Shown piece after piece: positions 46,913 through 57,245 of a stretch of 64,000 nt of DNA. The DNA is from Candidatus Eiseniibacteriota bacterium (GTDB lineage: Bacteria; Eisenbacteria; RBG-16-71-46): NCBI GenBank assembly GCA_044223005.1, contig JBGAML010000018.1, positions 1 to 64,000 on the forward strand. Direction: 5' to 3'. Each line of letters starts with the position of its first letter. Position 1 is the first letter of the stretch. The notes beneath the pieces are model-generated. The model was given only the letters and a program-made list of their open reading frames with translations, was not told the origin of the DNA and ran no database searches. Both the position numbers and the translations under genes were made by a program.

Positions 46913-47619
46913 CCGGCGAACTCCTCCGCGACGGCGCGCGCATCGAGCGCGCCGGTGTAGAGCGCCATGCCGAGCACCGCGGCGGCGACGCCGCGGGATT
47001 CGAGGGCGCGAAGATCCTCCGCCGACGCGATGCCGCCGGAGGCGATGAGCGGGCACGCGGCCGCCCGGGCCGCGCGCTCCGTGAGTTCCAGTGCGGGGCC
47101 GGCGAGCCGGCCCTCGCGTTCCACCGCCGTCACGAGGATGCCCGCCAGCGGCAGCGCCGACAGCGCGCGGATCGCATCGACGGCGTCGCGATCCTGCGTG
47201 CGCGTCCAGCCGTGCGTGGCGACGCGCCCGTCGCGCGCGTCGACCGCCACGACGAGCCGGCGCGGGAACGCGCGCGCCGCCGCATCCAGCCACGCGGTGT
47301 CCTCGAGCGCGCGCGTGCCGACCACGACCCGTGCGGCGCCGCGCGCGAGCAGCCATTCGATCGCCGCCTCGTCGCGCACGCCGCCACCCACCTGCACGTC
47401 GCCGCCTTCGGCCAGCAGCGCCGCGATCACCTCGCGGTTGTCGCCGCGGCCGAGCGCGGCGTCGAGGTCGACGACGTGCAGCGTCGCGAAGCCCTGGGCG
47501 CGCCAGTGCCGCGCCGCGGCGACGGGGTCCGGGAGCCGCACGCGCTCGTCCTCGAACGCGCCGCCCACGAGTTGCACGCACGCGCCCTCGCGCAGGTCCA
47601 CCGCCGGGATCGCGCGCAT
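46909..47619 (-). CDS. hisA: ProFAR isomerase
   Basis: IPAVDLREGACVQL, LHVVDLDAA, QVGGGVR, IASGG. Confidence 0.95.
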   Translation of the reverse strand: MRAIPAVDLREGACVQLVGGAFEDERVRLPDPVAAARHWRAQGFATLHVVDLDAALGRGDNREVIAALLAEGGDVQVGGGVRDEAAIEWLLARGAARVVVGTRALEDTAWLDAAARAFPRRLVVAVDARDGRVATHGWTRTQDRDAVDAIRALSALPLAGILVTAVEREGRLAGPALELTERAARAAACPLIASGGIASAEDLRALESRGVAAAVLGMALYTGALDARAVAEEFAG

Positions 47620-48227
47620 CACGCGGCCCCCGCGTGGGCCGCGGCGACGAGCGAGCGCACCAGCGCGACGCCGGCGGCGGAGCTCTTCTCGGGGTGGAAC
47701 TGCACGCCGAACGTGCGGGCGACGCGCACGACGGACGCGAAGCGGTCGTCCTCGTGCCGGGTCCACGCGACGACGGCCGAGGGGTCCGCGGGCTCGCACA
47801 CGAACGAGTGCGCGAAGTAGGCCGTCGCGAGTCCGCTCGCGCCGAGCCACGCGGGATCGCCCGTGGCTTCGACCGCGTTCCAGCCCATGTGCGGCAGGCG
47901 TCGCGTGCGCAGCCGGCGCACGTGCCCGGGGATCGCACCCAGGCCTTCGCCCGCGCCCTCTTCGCTGCGGTCGAAGAGCAGCTGCATGCCGAGGCAGATG
48001 CCCACGCACGGCAACCCGCTCGCGAGCGCGTCGCGCATCGCCGCGCGAGCGGGCGCCAGTGCGGCGGCCGCGGGCGCGAACGCGCCGACGCCGGGCAGCA
48101 CGAGCACGTCGGTGTCGATGGCCGCGACGGGATCGGGCTCGATCCGCAGCGCGACACCCGGGGCTTCGAGCGCCTTCGCGAGCGAGTGCAGGTTCCCCGC
48201 ACCGTAGTCGAACAGCGTCACGCGCAT
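47619..48227 (-). CDS. hisH: Imidazole glycerol phosphate synthase subunit HisH
   Basis: DYGAGNLHS, GICLGMQ, PHMGWN, QFHPEKS. Confidence 0.96.
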   Translation of the reverse strand: MRVTLFDYGAGNLHSLAKALEAPGVALRIEPDPVAAIDTDVLVLPGVGAFAPAAAALAPARAAMRDALASGLPCVGICLGMQLLFDRSEEGAGEGLGAIPGHVRRLRTRRLPHMGWNAVEATGDPAWLGASGLATAYFAHSFVCEPADPSAVVAWTRHEDDRFASVVRVARTFGVQFHPEKSSAAGVALVRSLVAAAHAGAA

Positions 48228-49270
48228 GCCATGGCCTCCTCGAGCGCCGCGAGCGCGCGCTGCATCTGCGGCCACGGCGCGACCGTGATCCGCAGCGCGT
48301 CGCCGATGCCCGGAAGGTCCGCGAACGGCCGCACCGCGACGCCAAGGGTGCGCATGCGCGCCGCGATCGCCGGCGCGCCGGGCAGCGGCACGAGCAGGAA
48401 GTTGGCCGCGGACGGCAGCGTCGGCAGGCCGCGCGCGTGCAGCTCGGCCGCGAGCCGGCCGCGCATGCGCACGGCCTCGGCCGCCTGCGACTGCACCCAG
48501 CCGAGGTCGCTCGCGATCGCTGCAGCCGCCGCGCGCTCCGCGAGTGCACCCACCTTGAACGGGCCGCGCGAGAGCTCGAGGTGCGAGACGAGGTCGGCGG
48601 CGGCGCACGCCCAGCCCACGCGCAGCCCGGCGAGCGCGAAGGCCTTGGAGAACGTGCGCGCCACGATCAGCCCCGGGCGGGCCGGCGCTTCGGCCAGCCG
48701 GCTCGTACCGCCGAAGTCCACGTACGCCTCGTCGATCACCACGATGCCCGAGGCGTTGGCGATCACGTACTCGACCGCGCGCGGATCCAGCGCCGCACCC
48801 GTGGGGTTGTTGGGTGAGCAGAGGTAGACGAGCGCCGGCGCGCCCGCGAGCAGCTCTTCCGGGTCGAACGTGCCGTCGGGCGCGAGGGGTGTGCTCGTGG
48901 ACTCGATGCCGTTCATGCGCGCGAAGTAGGCGGCCATCGGGAACGTCGGCGCGAGGTGGGCGAGGCGCTCTCCGGGCCGGGCGAACGCGCGGAGCGCCGA
49001 ATCGAGCACGTCGTCCGAACCGCAGCCGGTGGCGATCTCCTCGGGGCGCGCGCCCGCGTAGTCCGCGAGCGCCGCCTTGAGCGAGCCGGTGTAGGCGTCC
49101 GGGTAGCGCGTCGCGTCGTCCTCCGCGGGCGTGCGCAGGGCGGCCATCGCCGCCGGTGGGACGCCGAAGCGATTGGTGTTGTCGCTCAGGTTCACCTCGA
49201 CCGGCGCCTGCGGCGGACGGTAGAGGACGAGATCGCTCCATTCGGCGCGGGTGCGGGACGGCGCGGTCAT
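48218..49270 (-). CDS. hisC: Histidinol-phosphate aminotransferase
   Basis: RYPD, CSPNNPTG, DEAYVDF, RTFSKAFALAGLRVG. Confidence 0.95.
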   Translation of the reverse strand: MTAPSRTRAEWSDLVLYRPPQAPVEVNLSDNTNRFGVPPAAMAALRTPAEDDATRYPDAYTGSLKAALADYAGARPEEIATGCGSDDVLDSALRAFARPGERLAHLAPTFPMAAYFARMNGIESTSTPLAPDGTFDPEELLAGAPALVYLCSPNNPTGAALDPRAVEYVIANASGIVVIDEAYVDFGGTSRLAEAPARPGLIVARTFSKAFALAGLRVGWACAAADLVSHLELSRGPFKVGALAERAAAAAIASDLGWVQSQAAEAVRMRGRLAAELHARGLPTLPSAANFLLVPLPGAPAIAARMRTLGVAVRPFADLPGIGDALRITVAPWPQMQRALAALEEAMACA

Positions 49271-50574
49271 CGCGAGCCCTCCGCCCACGCGCGCGCCACC
49301 GCCGCGTGCGCCGGCAGGCCCTCGGCCTCGGCGAAGCGCGCGCCGTCGGTGGCGAGCGCGGCGGCGCCGGCGCGCGTGACGCGCTGCCATGCGGTCCAGC
49401 GCACGAAGTCGAGCGTCGAGAGCCCCGAGTTCGCGCGCGCGTGCCCGCCGGTGGGCAGCACGTGGTTGCCGCCGGCGAGGTAGTCGCCGAAGGGCACCGC
49501 GCTCGCGAGCCCGACGAACACCGCGCCGGTGTCACGGATGCCCGCGAGCGACGCGTCGGCGTCCGCGATCGCGAGCAGCAGGTGCTCGGCCGCATAGTCG
49601 TTCGCGAACGCCAGCGCCGCGGCGCGATCGTGCGCGCACAGCACGCCGCCGCGCGCGGCGAGCGACGCCGCGACCACGTCGCGCCGCGTCGCCGCCGCCG
49701 CCGCGCTGCGCAGGCTCGCGAGCAGCGCCGCGGCCGCGGCGTCGCCCACGGCCACCGCGAGTGCCGCGGCGTCGGGATCGTGCTCGGCCTGCGCCACCAG
49801 CTCGCGCGCGACCGCATCGGCGTTCGCGGGCGAGTCGGCGATCGCGAGCAGTTCGCTGGGGCCCGCCGGCGAATCGATGCCGACGAGGCCCGCGACCTGG
49901 CGCTTGGCCTCGGCGACCCACGCGTTGCCCGGGCCGACGACCCGCTGCACCGCCGGCACGCTCGCGGTGCCGAACGCCATCGCGGCGATCGCGCCGGCGC
50001 CGCCGAGGGCGAACACGCGCGTCGCGCCCGCGAGCTCGGCGGCCGCGAGCACGAGCGCCGACGGCCGGCCGTCGCGCGCGGGAGGCGAGCAGACGACGAT
50101 CTCGTCGACACCCGCCACGCGCGCGGGCACGCACGCCATGAGCACGCTGCTCGGATACGCCGCGCGCCCGCCGGGCGCGTACACGCCGACGCGCGCGAGC
50201 GGATCGGGGCGGCGGCCGACCACCACGCCGGGCTCGGTCTCGACCTCGACGGCCGCGGGCCGGAACGCCTGGTGCGCGCGCTCCAAGTTGCGCGCGGCAT
50301 GCGTCATCGCCGCGCGGACGTCCGGATCGAGCGCGGCCAGTGCCGCGCGCCACGCCTCGCGCGGCACCTCGAGTGCGTCGAGCGTGACACCGTCGAAGCG
50401 CGCGGCGAGGCCGCGCAGCGCGGCGTCGCCGCGCGCGCGCACATCGGCGAGGATCGCGCGCGTCCCCGATTCGACGTCCGGATCGACGCTCGCCGACGCC
50501 TGGCGCGTGGCGAGGATCTCGGGCGCGGCCACCTCGAGCGGCTCGCCGTTCCAGCGCAGTGCGAGCTCGCTCAC
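49267..50574 (-). CDS. hisD: Histidinol dehydrogenase
   Basis: YAPGGRAAYPSS, GPGNAWV, PAGPSE, QAEHD, GDYLAGGNHVLPT. Confidence 0.96.
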   Translation of the reverse strand: MSELALRWNGEPLEVAAPEILATRQASASVDPDVESGTRAILADVRARGDAALRGLAARFDGVTLDALEVPREAWRAALAALDPDVRAAMTHAARNLERAHQAFRPAAVEVETEPGVVVGRRPDPLARVGVYAPGGRAAYPSSVLMACVPARVAGVDEIVVCSPPARDGRPSALVLAAAELAGATRVFALGGAGAIAAMAFGTASVPAVQRVVGPGNAWVAEAKRQVAGLVGIDSPAGPSELLAIADSPANADAVARELVAQAEHDPDAAALAVAVGDAAAAALLASLRSAAAAATRRDVVAASLAARGGVLCAHDRAAALAFANDYAAEHLLLAIADADASLAGIRDTGAVFVGLASAVPFGDYLAGGNHVLPTGGHARANSGLSTLDFVRWTAWQRVTRAGAAALATDGARFAEAEGLPAHAAVARAWAEGSR

Positions 50575-51437
50575 GGCATCAGCCTCTCGATGCGGGTGAC
50601 GAGGATGCCCTCGGCGCCCAGGGTCTTGAGGTCGGCGATCGTGCGGTAGAGCGTCTGCGCGGGGACCACCGCGTGCACGGCGACGAAACGGCCACCGTCC
50701 AGCACCTCGGTCACGGTGGGACCGTTCAAGCCCGGCAGCACCGCGCGCACGCGTTCGAGCGCCGCGCGCGGCACGTTCGCCATCACGTAGCGCTGGCCGC
50801 GGGCGCGCAGGACGCTCGCCAGCGCCGCGACCAGCTCGCGCAGCGAGGCGGCCCGGGCGCCGTCGCCCTCGGCGGCGCCCGGCGTGGCGACCAGGCGCGC
50901 GGTGGATTCGAGCAGCGTGTCCAGCTCGCGCAGGCCGTTCACCTTCATGGTCGAGCCGGTGGAGGTGAGGTCCACGACCACGTCGGCGATGCCGATGTGC
51001 GGCGCGATCTCGGCCGCGCCCGAGACCGGCACGATCTCCACCTGCAGCGCGCGCGACTCGAAGAACTCGCGCGTGAGCCGCGGGAACGACGTTGCGACGC
51101 GCGCGCCGCGGGGAAGCGCGGTCGTGGTGGTGGCGCCACGTTCGTCGTGCGCCGCGAGCACCAGGCGGCAGCGGCCGAAGCCGAGATCGAGCAGCGTCTC
51201 GAGCGGGCGGCCGGATTCGCGCACGAGGTCGTAGCCCGTGACGCCCACGTCGGCGGCACCGTCGGCCACGAACTCGGGGATGTCCTGGGCGCGCACGAAC
51301 AGCGCTTCGAACTGGCCGCCGAGCGAGGCGGTGAGCGCGCGCTCGGAGCCGGTCCGGATCTCGAGCCCGGCGTCGGTGAACAGTTCGCGGGCCTGCTCGG
51401 ACAGACGGCCCTTGTTGGGAATCGCGATGCGCAGCAC
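50571..51437 (-). CDS. hisG: ATP phosphoribosyltransferase (long form)
   Basis: IAIPNKGRL, RAQDIP, VDLTSTGSTM, C-terminal PGLNGPTV domain. Confidence 0.96.
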   Translation of the reverse strand: MLRIAIPNKGRLSEQARELFTDAGLEIRTGSERALTASLGGQFEALFVRAQDIPEFVADGAADVGVTGYDLVRESGRPLETLLDLGFGRCRLVLAAHDERGATTTTALPRGARVATSFPRLTREFFESRALQVEIVPVSGAAEIAPHIGIADVVVDLTSTGSTMKVNGLRELDTLLESTARLVATPGAAEGDGARAASLRELVAALASVLRARGQRYVMANVPRAALERVRAVLPGLNGPTVTEVLDGGRFVAVHAVVPAQTLYRTIADLKTLGAEGILVTRIERLMP

Positions 51438-51453
51438 GGGACGCTCCTTCGGG

Positions 51454-51492
51454 AAAAACGAAGCGGCCCGTCCGGGGTTCCGGACGGGCCGC
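51454..51492 (-). terminator. his attenuator terminator
   Basis: GCGGCCCGTCCGG-AACC-CCGGACGGGCCGC followed by TTCGTTTTT, just upstream of the hisG RBS. Confidence 0.85.
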
Positions 51493-51524
51493 AGTGCCTG
51501 CTGTTCAGTGCGGGAAGGTCGGTG

Positions 51525-51611
51525 TCAGGACGCCTTTCCGCGCATGGCGCAGGGACCACGGCCCGTGCGGGCGTGGTGCCGATGCGCATGATGGCGGAGG
51601 ACGTTCGACAT
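51525..51611 (-). CDS. hisL: his operon leader peptide MSNVLRHHAHRHHARTGRGPCAMRGKAS
   Basis: Five His in seven codons; upstream TTGTCC-18-TAAGAT promoter; downstream terminator and antiterminator. Confidence 0.85.
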   Translation of the reverse strand: MSNVLRHHAHRHHARTGRGPCAMRGKAS

Positions 51612-51766
51612 GGTCGCTCGATCTTATCGGCAGGCGACGCGTCGGGACAAGGACTTTCATCCGCACCCGCATGATTCGCGGTCCGCAGCAGGCTCGCCGC
51701 GCGGCACCGGGTCCGCCCGGGGCCGCTCGACGCCTGCGCGCGCGCGGATGTAACGTACGTGCCGCC

Positions 51767-52558
51767 ATGAACACGTCCCGCTCGCTCACGACCGCCGTCG
51801 CCGCCCGCATTCCCTACGCCAACTGCGCGCCCTTCTACGCCCTCTGGGCCGATGCCCCGTTCGCGGTGCGGAACCTCGAGCCGCGTGAACTCGGGCGCGA
51901 GGCCGAAGCCGGGACCGTCGACCTGGGCGTGATGGCGGCCGGCGACTGGTTCCGGATGAAGGATCGCTTCGAGCTGCTGGCGCCGATGGGCGTCGCCGCG
52001 CGCGGTCCCGTGCAGTCGGTGCTGCTCTTCTCCAAGCGTCCGGCCTCGGCGCTCGAAGGCGCGCGCATTTCCGTCACGCCGGTGACTTCGACGTCCGTGC
52101 GGCTGCTGCACCTGCTGCTCGACGTCCGCCGCGACTTCAAGGACGTGCGCTACGTGCGCGGGCTCGAGCCGTCGCAGGCCGACGCGCTGCTCATGATCGG
52201 CGACCAGGCGATGCGCATGCGCAAGCGGCTGCCCGAGGGCTTCACGCACGTCATGGACCTCGGCGAGGACTGGCACGCGTGGACGGCGCTGCCGTTCGTC
52301 TACGCGGTCTGGGTCGTGCGCTCGTCGCTGGACGAGGCCGTGAAGGCGGAGATGCGCGCGTTTCTCGAGGCGTCGCTCGCCGCCGGGCTCGCGTCGCTGC
52401 CCGAGGTGGCGCGCCGCACCACCGATCCCGGCTGGACCGCCGACGAGACCGAGCGCTACCTGCGGCAGTTCCACTACCGCTTCGGGCCCGAGGAGTTGGA
52501 AGGCCTGGCGCGGTTCGAGTCGCTCGTCCGCGAACACGGGTTGCTGGTCGTCGACTGA
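51767..52558 (+). CDS. mqnA: Chorismate dehydratase MqnA
   Basis: [45 protein letters not shown]. Confidence 0.92.
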   Translation: MNTSRSLTTAVAARIPYANCAPFYALWADAPFAVRNLEPRELGREAEAGTVDLGVMAAGDWFRMKDRFELLAPMGVAARGPVQSVLLFSKRPASALEGARISVTPVTSTSVRLLHLLLDVRRDFKDVRYVRGLEPSQADALLMIGDQAMRMRKRLPEGFTHVMDLGEDWHAWTALPFVYAVWVVRSSLDEAVKAEMRAFLEASLAAGLASLPEVARRTTDPGWTADETERYLRQFHYRFGPEELEGLARFESLVREHGLLVVD

Positions 52559-52640
52559 CGGGGCAACCCCGGCCGGGCGCGGTTCGTATTCCTTCCCGAG
52601 CGCCGCGTTCGCGCGCGCCGTCCCCACCCGAGGAGATGCG

Positions 52641-53441
52641 ATGAGCACGATGCATGAAGTGGACTACGAGATCCTGGGCGACGACCTGCAGTTCGTGAAG
52701 ATCGAGCTCGACCCGAACGAGGCCGTGGTCGGCGAAGCCGGCGCCATGATGTACATCGAAGACGGCATCCAGATGCAGACCATCTTCGGCGACGGTTCGC
52801 AGCAGCAGGGCGGCCTGATGGGCGCGCTGCTCGGCGCCGGCAAGCGCCTGCTGACGGGCGAATCGCTGTTCATGACCGTGTTCCAGAACCAGGGCAGCGT
52901 GAAGCGCAAGGCGGCATTCGCCGCGCCCTACCCGGGCAAGATCGTGGCGATCCATCTCGCGGAGGTCGGCGGCGAGCTGCTCGCGCAGAAGGACTCGTTC
53001 CTCGTCGCCGCCAAGGGCGTGAGCCTCGGCATCGCGTTCACCAAGCGCTTCGGCGCCGGACTGTTCGGCGGCGAAGGCTTCATCCTCGAACGGCTGCAGG
53101 GCGACGGCTGGGCGTTCGTGCACGCCGGCGGCACGCTCGAGGAGCGCACGCTCGCCGCGGGCGAGACGCTGCGCGTCGACACGGGCTGCATCGTGGCGAT
53201 GACGCCGAACGTCGACTATGACATCCAGCTCGCGGGCGGGATCAAGACCGTGCTGTTCGGCGGCGAGGGCCTGTTCTTCGCCACGCTGCGCGGTCCCGGC
53301 AAGGTGTGGCTGCAGTCGCTGCCGTTCTCGCGCCTCGCGAGCCGCATCTACGCGGCCGCGCCGCAGACCGGCGGCCGGCGCGTGGGCGAAGGCTCGCTCC
53401 TCGGCGGCCTCGGCAACCTGCTCGACGGCGACGGGCAGTAA
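52641..53441 (+). CDS. TIGR00266/AIM24 family protein
   Basis: [44 protein letters not shown]. Confidence 0.9.
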   Translation: MSTMHEVDYEILGDDLQFVKIELDPNEAVVGEAGAMMYIEDGIQMQTIFGDGSQQQGGLMGALLGAGKRLLTGESLFMTVFQNQGSVKRKAAFAAPYPGKIVAIHLAEVGGELLAQKDSFLVAAKGVSLGIAFTKRFGAGLFGGEGFILERLQGDGWAFVHAGGTLEERTLAAGETLRVDTGCIVAMTPNVDYDIQLAGGIKTVLFGGEGLFFATLRGPGKVWLQSLPFSRLASRIYAAAPQTGGRRVGEGSLLGGLGNLLDGDGQ

Positions 53442-53463
53442 CCGACGGCACGACGCGAAAGCG

Positions 53464-53498
53464 ACGGGCCCGCGCTCCGACGAGGAGCGCGGGCCCGT
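53464..53498 (+). terminator. Hairpin after the AIM24-family gene
   Basis: ACGGGCCCGCGCTCC-GACGA-GGAGCGCGGGCCCGT. Confidence 0.65.
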
Positions 53499-53781
53499 TC
53501 GCGTACGGGCTAATTAGACGTCACTCCGCACACATTTCCGAGCGCCGTCCGAATCGCATCACGTTCCGGGCAGGCGGTCGTTTCGCGCTGAAGAACTTCG
53601 AGGGCGAATTCGCCGGGCGAACCCGTGCCGGGTGACGATATTCCTCGACGTTCCGAATGCATCGCGGGACGATTCGCTCCGTCGACTGGCCCCGCTCGAC
53701 TTCCTGCGTACGGTCCCCCCCAATCGACCTCGCATTGTGGTTCACCCCCATTGAGTCCCCCACAATGTTTCGGAGGTCGTC

Positions 53782-56700
53782 ATGCGTTACCCGCCGAAGG
53801 CGAGGCGCTCGTTCCGAGCGTGCTCGTTCGCCTTGATCGCGTGCGTGTCCCTCGCGGTCGCCGCCAGTGCACAAACCTACCCCGTCTTCCATCCATATCG
53901 TCCCAGTGGTCCGCATGGGCACCGGGACATCGAGTTCCAGTGGAGCGATTCCTACCGTATCGCCCGCGGTGGTGGCGCGCCGATCACGCCTGCGGAGGCG
54001 CGCACCATGGACCGGCTCGCACAGACGATGTGCGAAGACTATTCCAATCCGATCGGCAGCCAGATGTCGGACGTGGAGCTCGTGTTCAACTACTTCTTCC
54101 CGTTCGGCGACGTTTACGACCGGAATCCCGCATCTCCCGTCGGCATTCGCGAAGCGTGGCTCTATGGCGCCGGCTATTCGGTGCAACCTCTGGCCGGGGA
54201 CACCACGCACATCGATGTCTACATCTACGCTCCCGGGGACCTTGATCAGGGTGGCTACAGCTACACGGTCGGCATGTGTCCTTCGGCGTATTCCAGCGCC
54301 ACCGAGGACACGAGCACTGGGCACGCCGCGGATCCCGCGGACATCTTCCACTGGAACTCGATCATGGTGCCGGGCCCGTATCCGTCACAGTCCATCGACA
54401 CGACGGGGACCGGGTGGACGATTGGCGATCGAGGTGTCAATGCAGCGGCCCTGCACGAGTACGCGCACAGTTTCAATCAGCTGATGCTGATTGACGGTCA
54501 GGGCAGGATGATCACTTTCATGGCCGGCGCCGGCACCAACGAGCTGTTCTCGAGCGCCGCCGAACAGCTGGTCGGGCAGAAGGACTCGCCGACCGCCTGG
54601 GGCACGTTTGAAGTTCCCTACACGTGGCCGCTGCTCGTCGTGAACCGCAACAAGACCACGGATGGATGCCTCGACACGTGGACGCCTTCGGTCAATTACC
54701 AGAACTGGCGTTCGTTCGCCGCATACCTGCTCTACAACTTCCGCGGAGCAGATACGACGGGCACGCTCCAGGGGCTCCGGGACGATCTCTTCTACAGGTG
54801 GACGCACGCGACCCCCACGGCCTTCGTCGCCTTCGGCAGCACGGATACCAGCCTCTTCTACAACAGAACGATGCCGTATCTGGGGACGATCCTCGCGGAT
54901 TCCAGCTGCCTGACTTGCGCAGGACGCTCCTACTTCCATCCGGGCGGACAATCTCTTCCGCCGAATGATCGCCTGGGGCTGTTGCTCCACAATTGGCGAA
55001 CGGCGAGCTACGTCAACAGCTCGACGCTGGCCGAAGGGCAGTACGGGTTCCCTCCGCAGTTCGGGTTCTCGCCGGCGAGCAACCTGCTCGCCTGGCACAG
55101 CGTGGACGGCTGCTCCCCGGACGACGCGATCTCGGTACCACCCAACGTCGTCATGTCGAGGACCGGGGCAAACCGCCAGAGGCTGTTCAGTCACTTCCGG
55201 TCTGGTGCGCTTTCGGGTGGAGGCTCCACGACGTATCCGATGGCGATCTATCACACGGGGGCGGAGTACTGGACGGTGCGCGCCGATGCGAGCCTCGCCA
55301 ACAACGGCCCCCACTCCCTGGTCGTCAAGGTGGGCGCCGATTCGACGTGGCGGCGCCGCTACGTCCGCAATGCCAACCTTCCGGACTCGCTCGTTCGGGA
55401 GGGGGAGTTGCGACTCGTCGCATCGGTCGTCGGATACACCACTGCAGGCCTGACGGATTCGCTCTGGCGGCATCCGGAATGGGCGACGTACGCCGCAGCG
55501 CCCCAATGGGTCGACCTCGACAGTCTCGAGCGCAACATCAGCCTGACGCTGCCCAACTTCGGAACTACCTACAAGGCCGCGCTGGTCGTGGTCACGGTCG
55601 CCACCGGCCGACATGGGGATCCCAACTTCGACCCCGTGGACAACTGGTACGAGAACTCGACGAAGTGGGTCCCGTATCGAGTGGCCTTCGCGGTTTCCGA
55701 CGGCTCCACGCTTCCCAGTGAACCCACGATCGTCGCTTCGGAGGCAACCGCGTCCGAGAGTGCCCCCAGCTGGAGTCCGTCGAACGCCGACGTGGCCTAC
55801 GTGCGTACGGCATCCGGCGGGGTGCCGCAGGTCTACCGCAAGCCGATCGTCGGCGGGACCGCGACGGCGGTGTTCGCGACCGCCGAGGAGCAGCACGATC
55901 CCGACTGGTCGCCGCGCGGAGACGTGATCGTATTTGCGCGCGGGAACACGACCGCCTACAGCCCGGCGACCGAACTCTGGCTCGCTGCGCTGAACGGAAC
56001 GGCCAGCGCCATCACCAACGATGGCGGCTGGAAGCGTTCGCCCGTCTTCAACCACAACGGCCGCACGATCGCCTACGCCGCCCGGTTCACGTACGCCATG
56101 CCGCAGGGCGGCCAGGAACAGCGCTGGGGTATCTGGACGATTGGTGTGGATGGCAGTGCGCGGACGCAGGTCGTCCAGAGCGCATTCGGGAACCCGATCA
56201 CGACGGTTCGGTGGTCGCCCGATGGGACCAGCATCTGGTTCAACTCGGCCGACTCGATCTACGTGGTGACGCCCTCGACCGGAGCGGTGGTCAACCGCAC
56301 CGGAAGGCTGCCCGTCGGCGTGCAGTCGTTCGATCATCCCCGTTCGGGCGGGCCGATCGCGATCGAGCAGCCGGGCTCCAAACTCTGGTTCTACCGGGGC
56401 AGCCTGAAGCTCGCCGAGAACTACCGGCGCATCGCGCTCCAGGACACTACGCTCGCGGACAGCGATCCGTTCCTCTACCAGCGCGGGAACGCGTTCTACT
56501 CCCCGCGGTGGTCGATCGACGGCACCAAGGTGGCCTACGCCTCGGGTCCGCTGGGCGGCGACCTCAACGTCAGCGTCGGCACGGCGAGGACGAACCATGC
56601 GCCCGCGATGACGGCGGGGTCGTACGCGGACAGCGACCAGCTCGCGACCTGCAGCCTGTTTCAGCGCACGCTCTCCGCGACCGACGCCGATGGCGACGCG

Positions 56701-57231
56701 GTCACGTACGAGCTGCTGCACAAGCCCGGCGGCATGTCGATCGCTGGCGGCAACCTCCTCAAGTGGATCCCGAACTCGAGCCAGGTGGGAGATTGGTACG
56801 TCACGTTGCGTGCCAAGGACGGCAACGGTGGCGTGGACCAGAAGGTCATGCACTTCTTCGTCGGCGACTACCCCGAGATCTGCAGCTGTCCGCGCTACCC
56901 GTACTGCTATCCCGCGGGCGCGCAGCCGGTGACGGAGAACTCCGACATCCCCGTCGCGTTCGGGCTCTCGCAGAACCAGCCGAATCCGTTCCACGACCCG
57001 ACCACGATCCGGTTCGCGCTGCCGTCGTCGTCGCACGTGCGGCTCGAGATCTTCGACCTGCTCGGCCGGCGCGTGCGCACGCTCGTCGATGCGGACCTGC
57101 CGGCGGCGTTCCACTCGCGCCAGTGGGACCTGCGGACGGATCACGGTGATCTCGTGCGGCCGGGCATCTACATGTACCGGATGGTCGCGGGCGACTTCCG
57201 CGACCAGAAGAAGATGCTGCTCGTTCCGTAG
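53782..57231 (+). CDS. Large secreted protein: HEXXH metallopeptidase-like domain, TolB/PD40 propeller, cadherin-like Ig, FlgD-Ig/T9SS-type C-terminal domain
   Basis: Signal peptide, LHEYAH...NELFS, repeated PxWSP motifs, NHAP...ATDADGD, QNQPNPF...WDL...PGIY. Confidence 0.85.
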   Translation: MRYPPKARRSFRACSFALIACVSLAVAASAQTYPVFHPYRPSGPHGHRDIEFQWSDSYRIARGGGAPITPAEARTMDRLAQTMCEDYSNPIGSQMSDVELVFNYFFPFGDVYDRNPASPVGIREAWLYGAGYSVQPLAGDTTHIDVYIYAPGDLDQGGYSYTVGMCPSAYSSATEDTSTGHAADPADIFHWNSIMVPGPYPSQSIDTTGTGWTIGDRGVNAAALHEYAHSFNQLMLIDGQGRMITFMAGAGTNELFSSAAEQLVGQKDSPTAWGTFEVPYTWPLLVVNRNKTTDGCLDTWTPSVNYQNWRSFAAYLLYNFRGADTTGTLQGLRDDLFYRWTHATPTAFVAFGSTDTSLFYNRTMPYLGTILADSSCLTCAGRSYFHPGGQSLPPNDRLGLLLHNWRTASYVNSSTLAEGQYGFPPQFGFSPASNLLAWHSVDGCSPDDAISVPPNVVMSRTGANRQRLFSHFRSGALSGGGSTTYPMAIYHTGAEYWTVRADASLANNGPHSLVVKVGADSTWRRRYVRNANLPDSLVREGELRLVASVVGYTTAGLTDSLWRHPEWATYAAAPQWVDLDSLERNISLTLPNFGTTYKAALVVVTVATGRHGDPNFDPVDNWYENSTKWVPYRVAFAVSDGSTLPSEPTIVASEATASESAPSWSPSNADVAYVRTASGGVPQVYRKPIVGGTATAVFATAEEQHDPDWSPRGDVIVFARGNTTAYSPATELWLAALNGTASAITNDGGWKRSPVFNHNGRTIAYAARFTYAMPQGGQEQRWGIWTIGVDGSARTQVVQSAFGNPITTVRWSPDGTSIWFNSADSIYVVTPSTGAVVNRTGRLPVGVQSFDHPRSGGPIAIEQPGSKLWFYRGSLKLAENYRRIALQDTTLADSDPFLYQRGNAFYSPRWSIDGTKVAYASGPLGGDLNVSVGTARTNHAPAMTAGSYADSDQLATCSLFQRTLSATDADGDAVTYELLHKPGGMSIAGGNLLKWIPNSSQVGDWYVTLRAKDGNGGVDQKVMHFFVGDYPEICSCPRYPYCYPAGAQPVTENSDIPVAFGLSQNQPNPFHDPTTIRFALPSSSHVRLEIFDLLGRRVRTLVDADLPAAFHSRQWDLRTDHGDLVRPGIYMYRMVAGDFRDQKKMLLVP

Positions 57232-57245
57232 CCCCGTCGCAGCGG

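Noticed and set aside
44938..50574. Apparent long fusions among his genes in the ORF track
   Set aside because: Artefacts of upstream open frames. Each his protein has its own start near the previous gene's stop.
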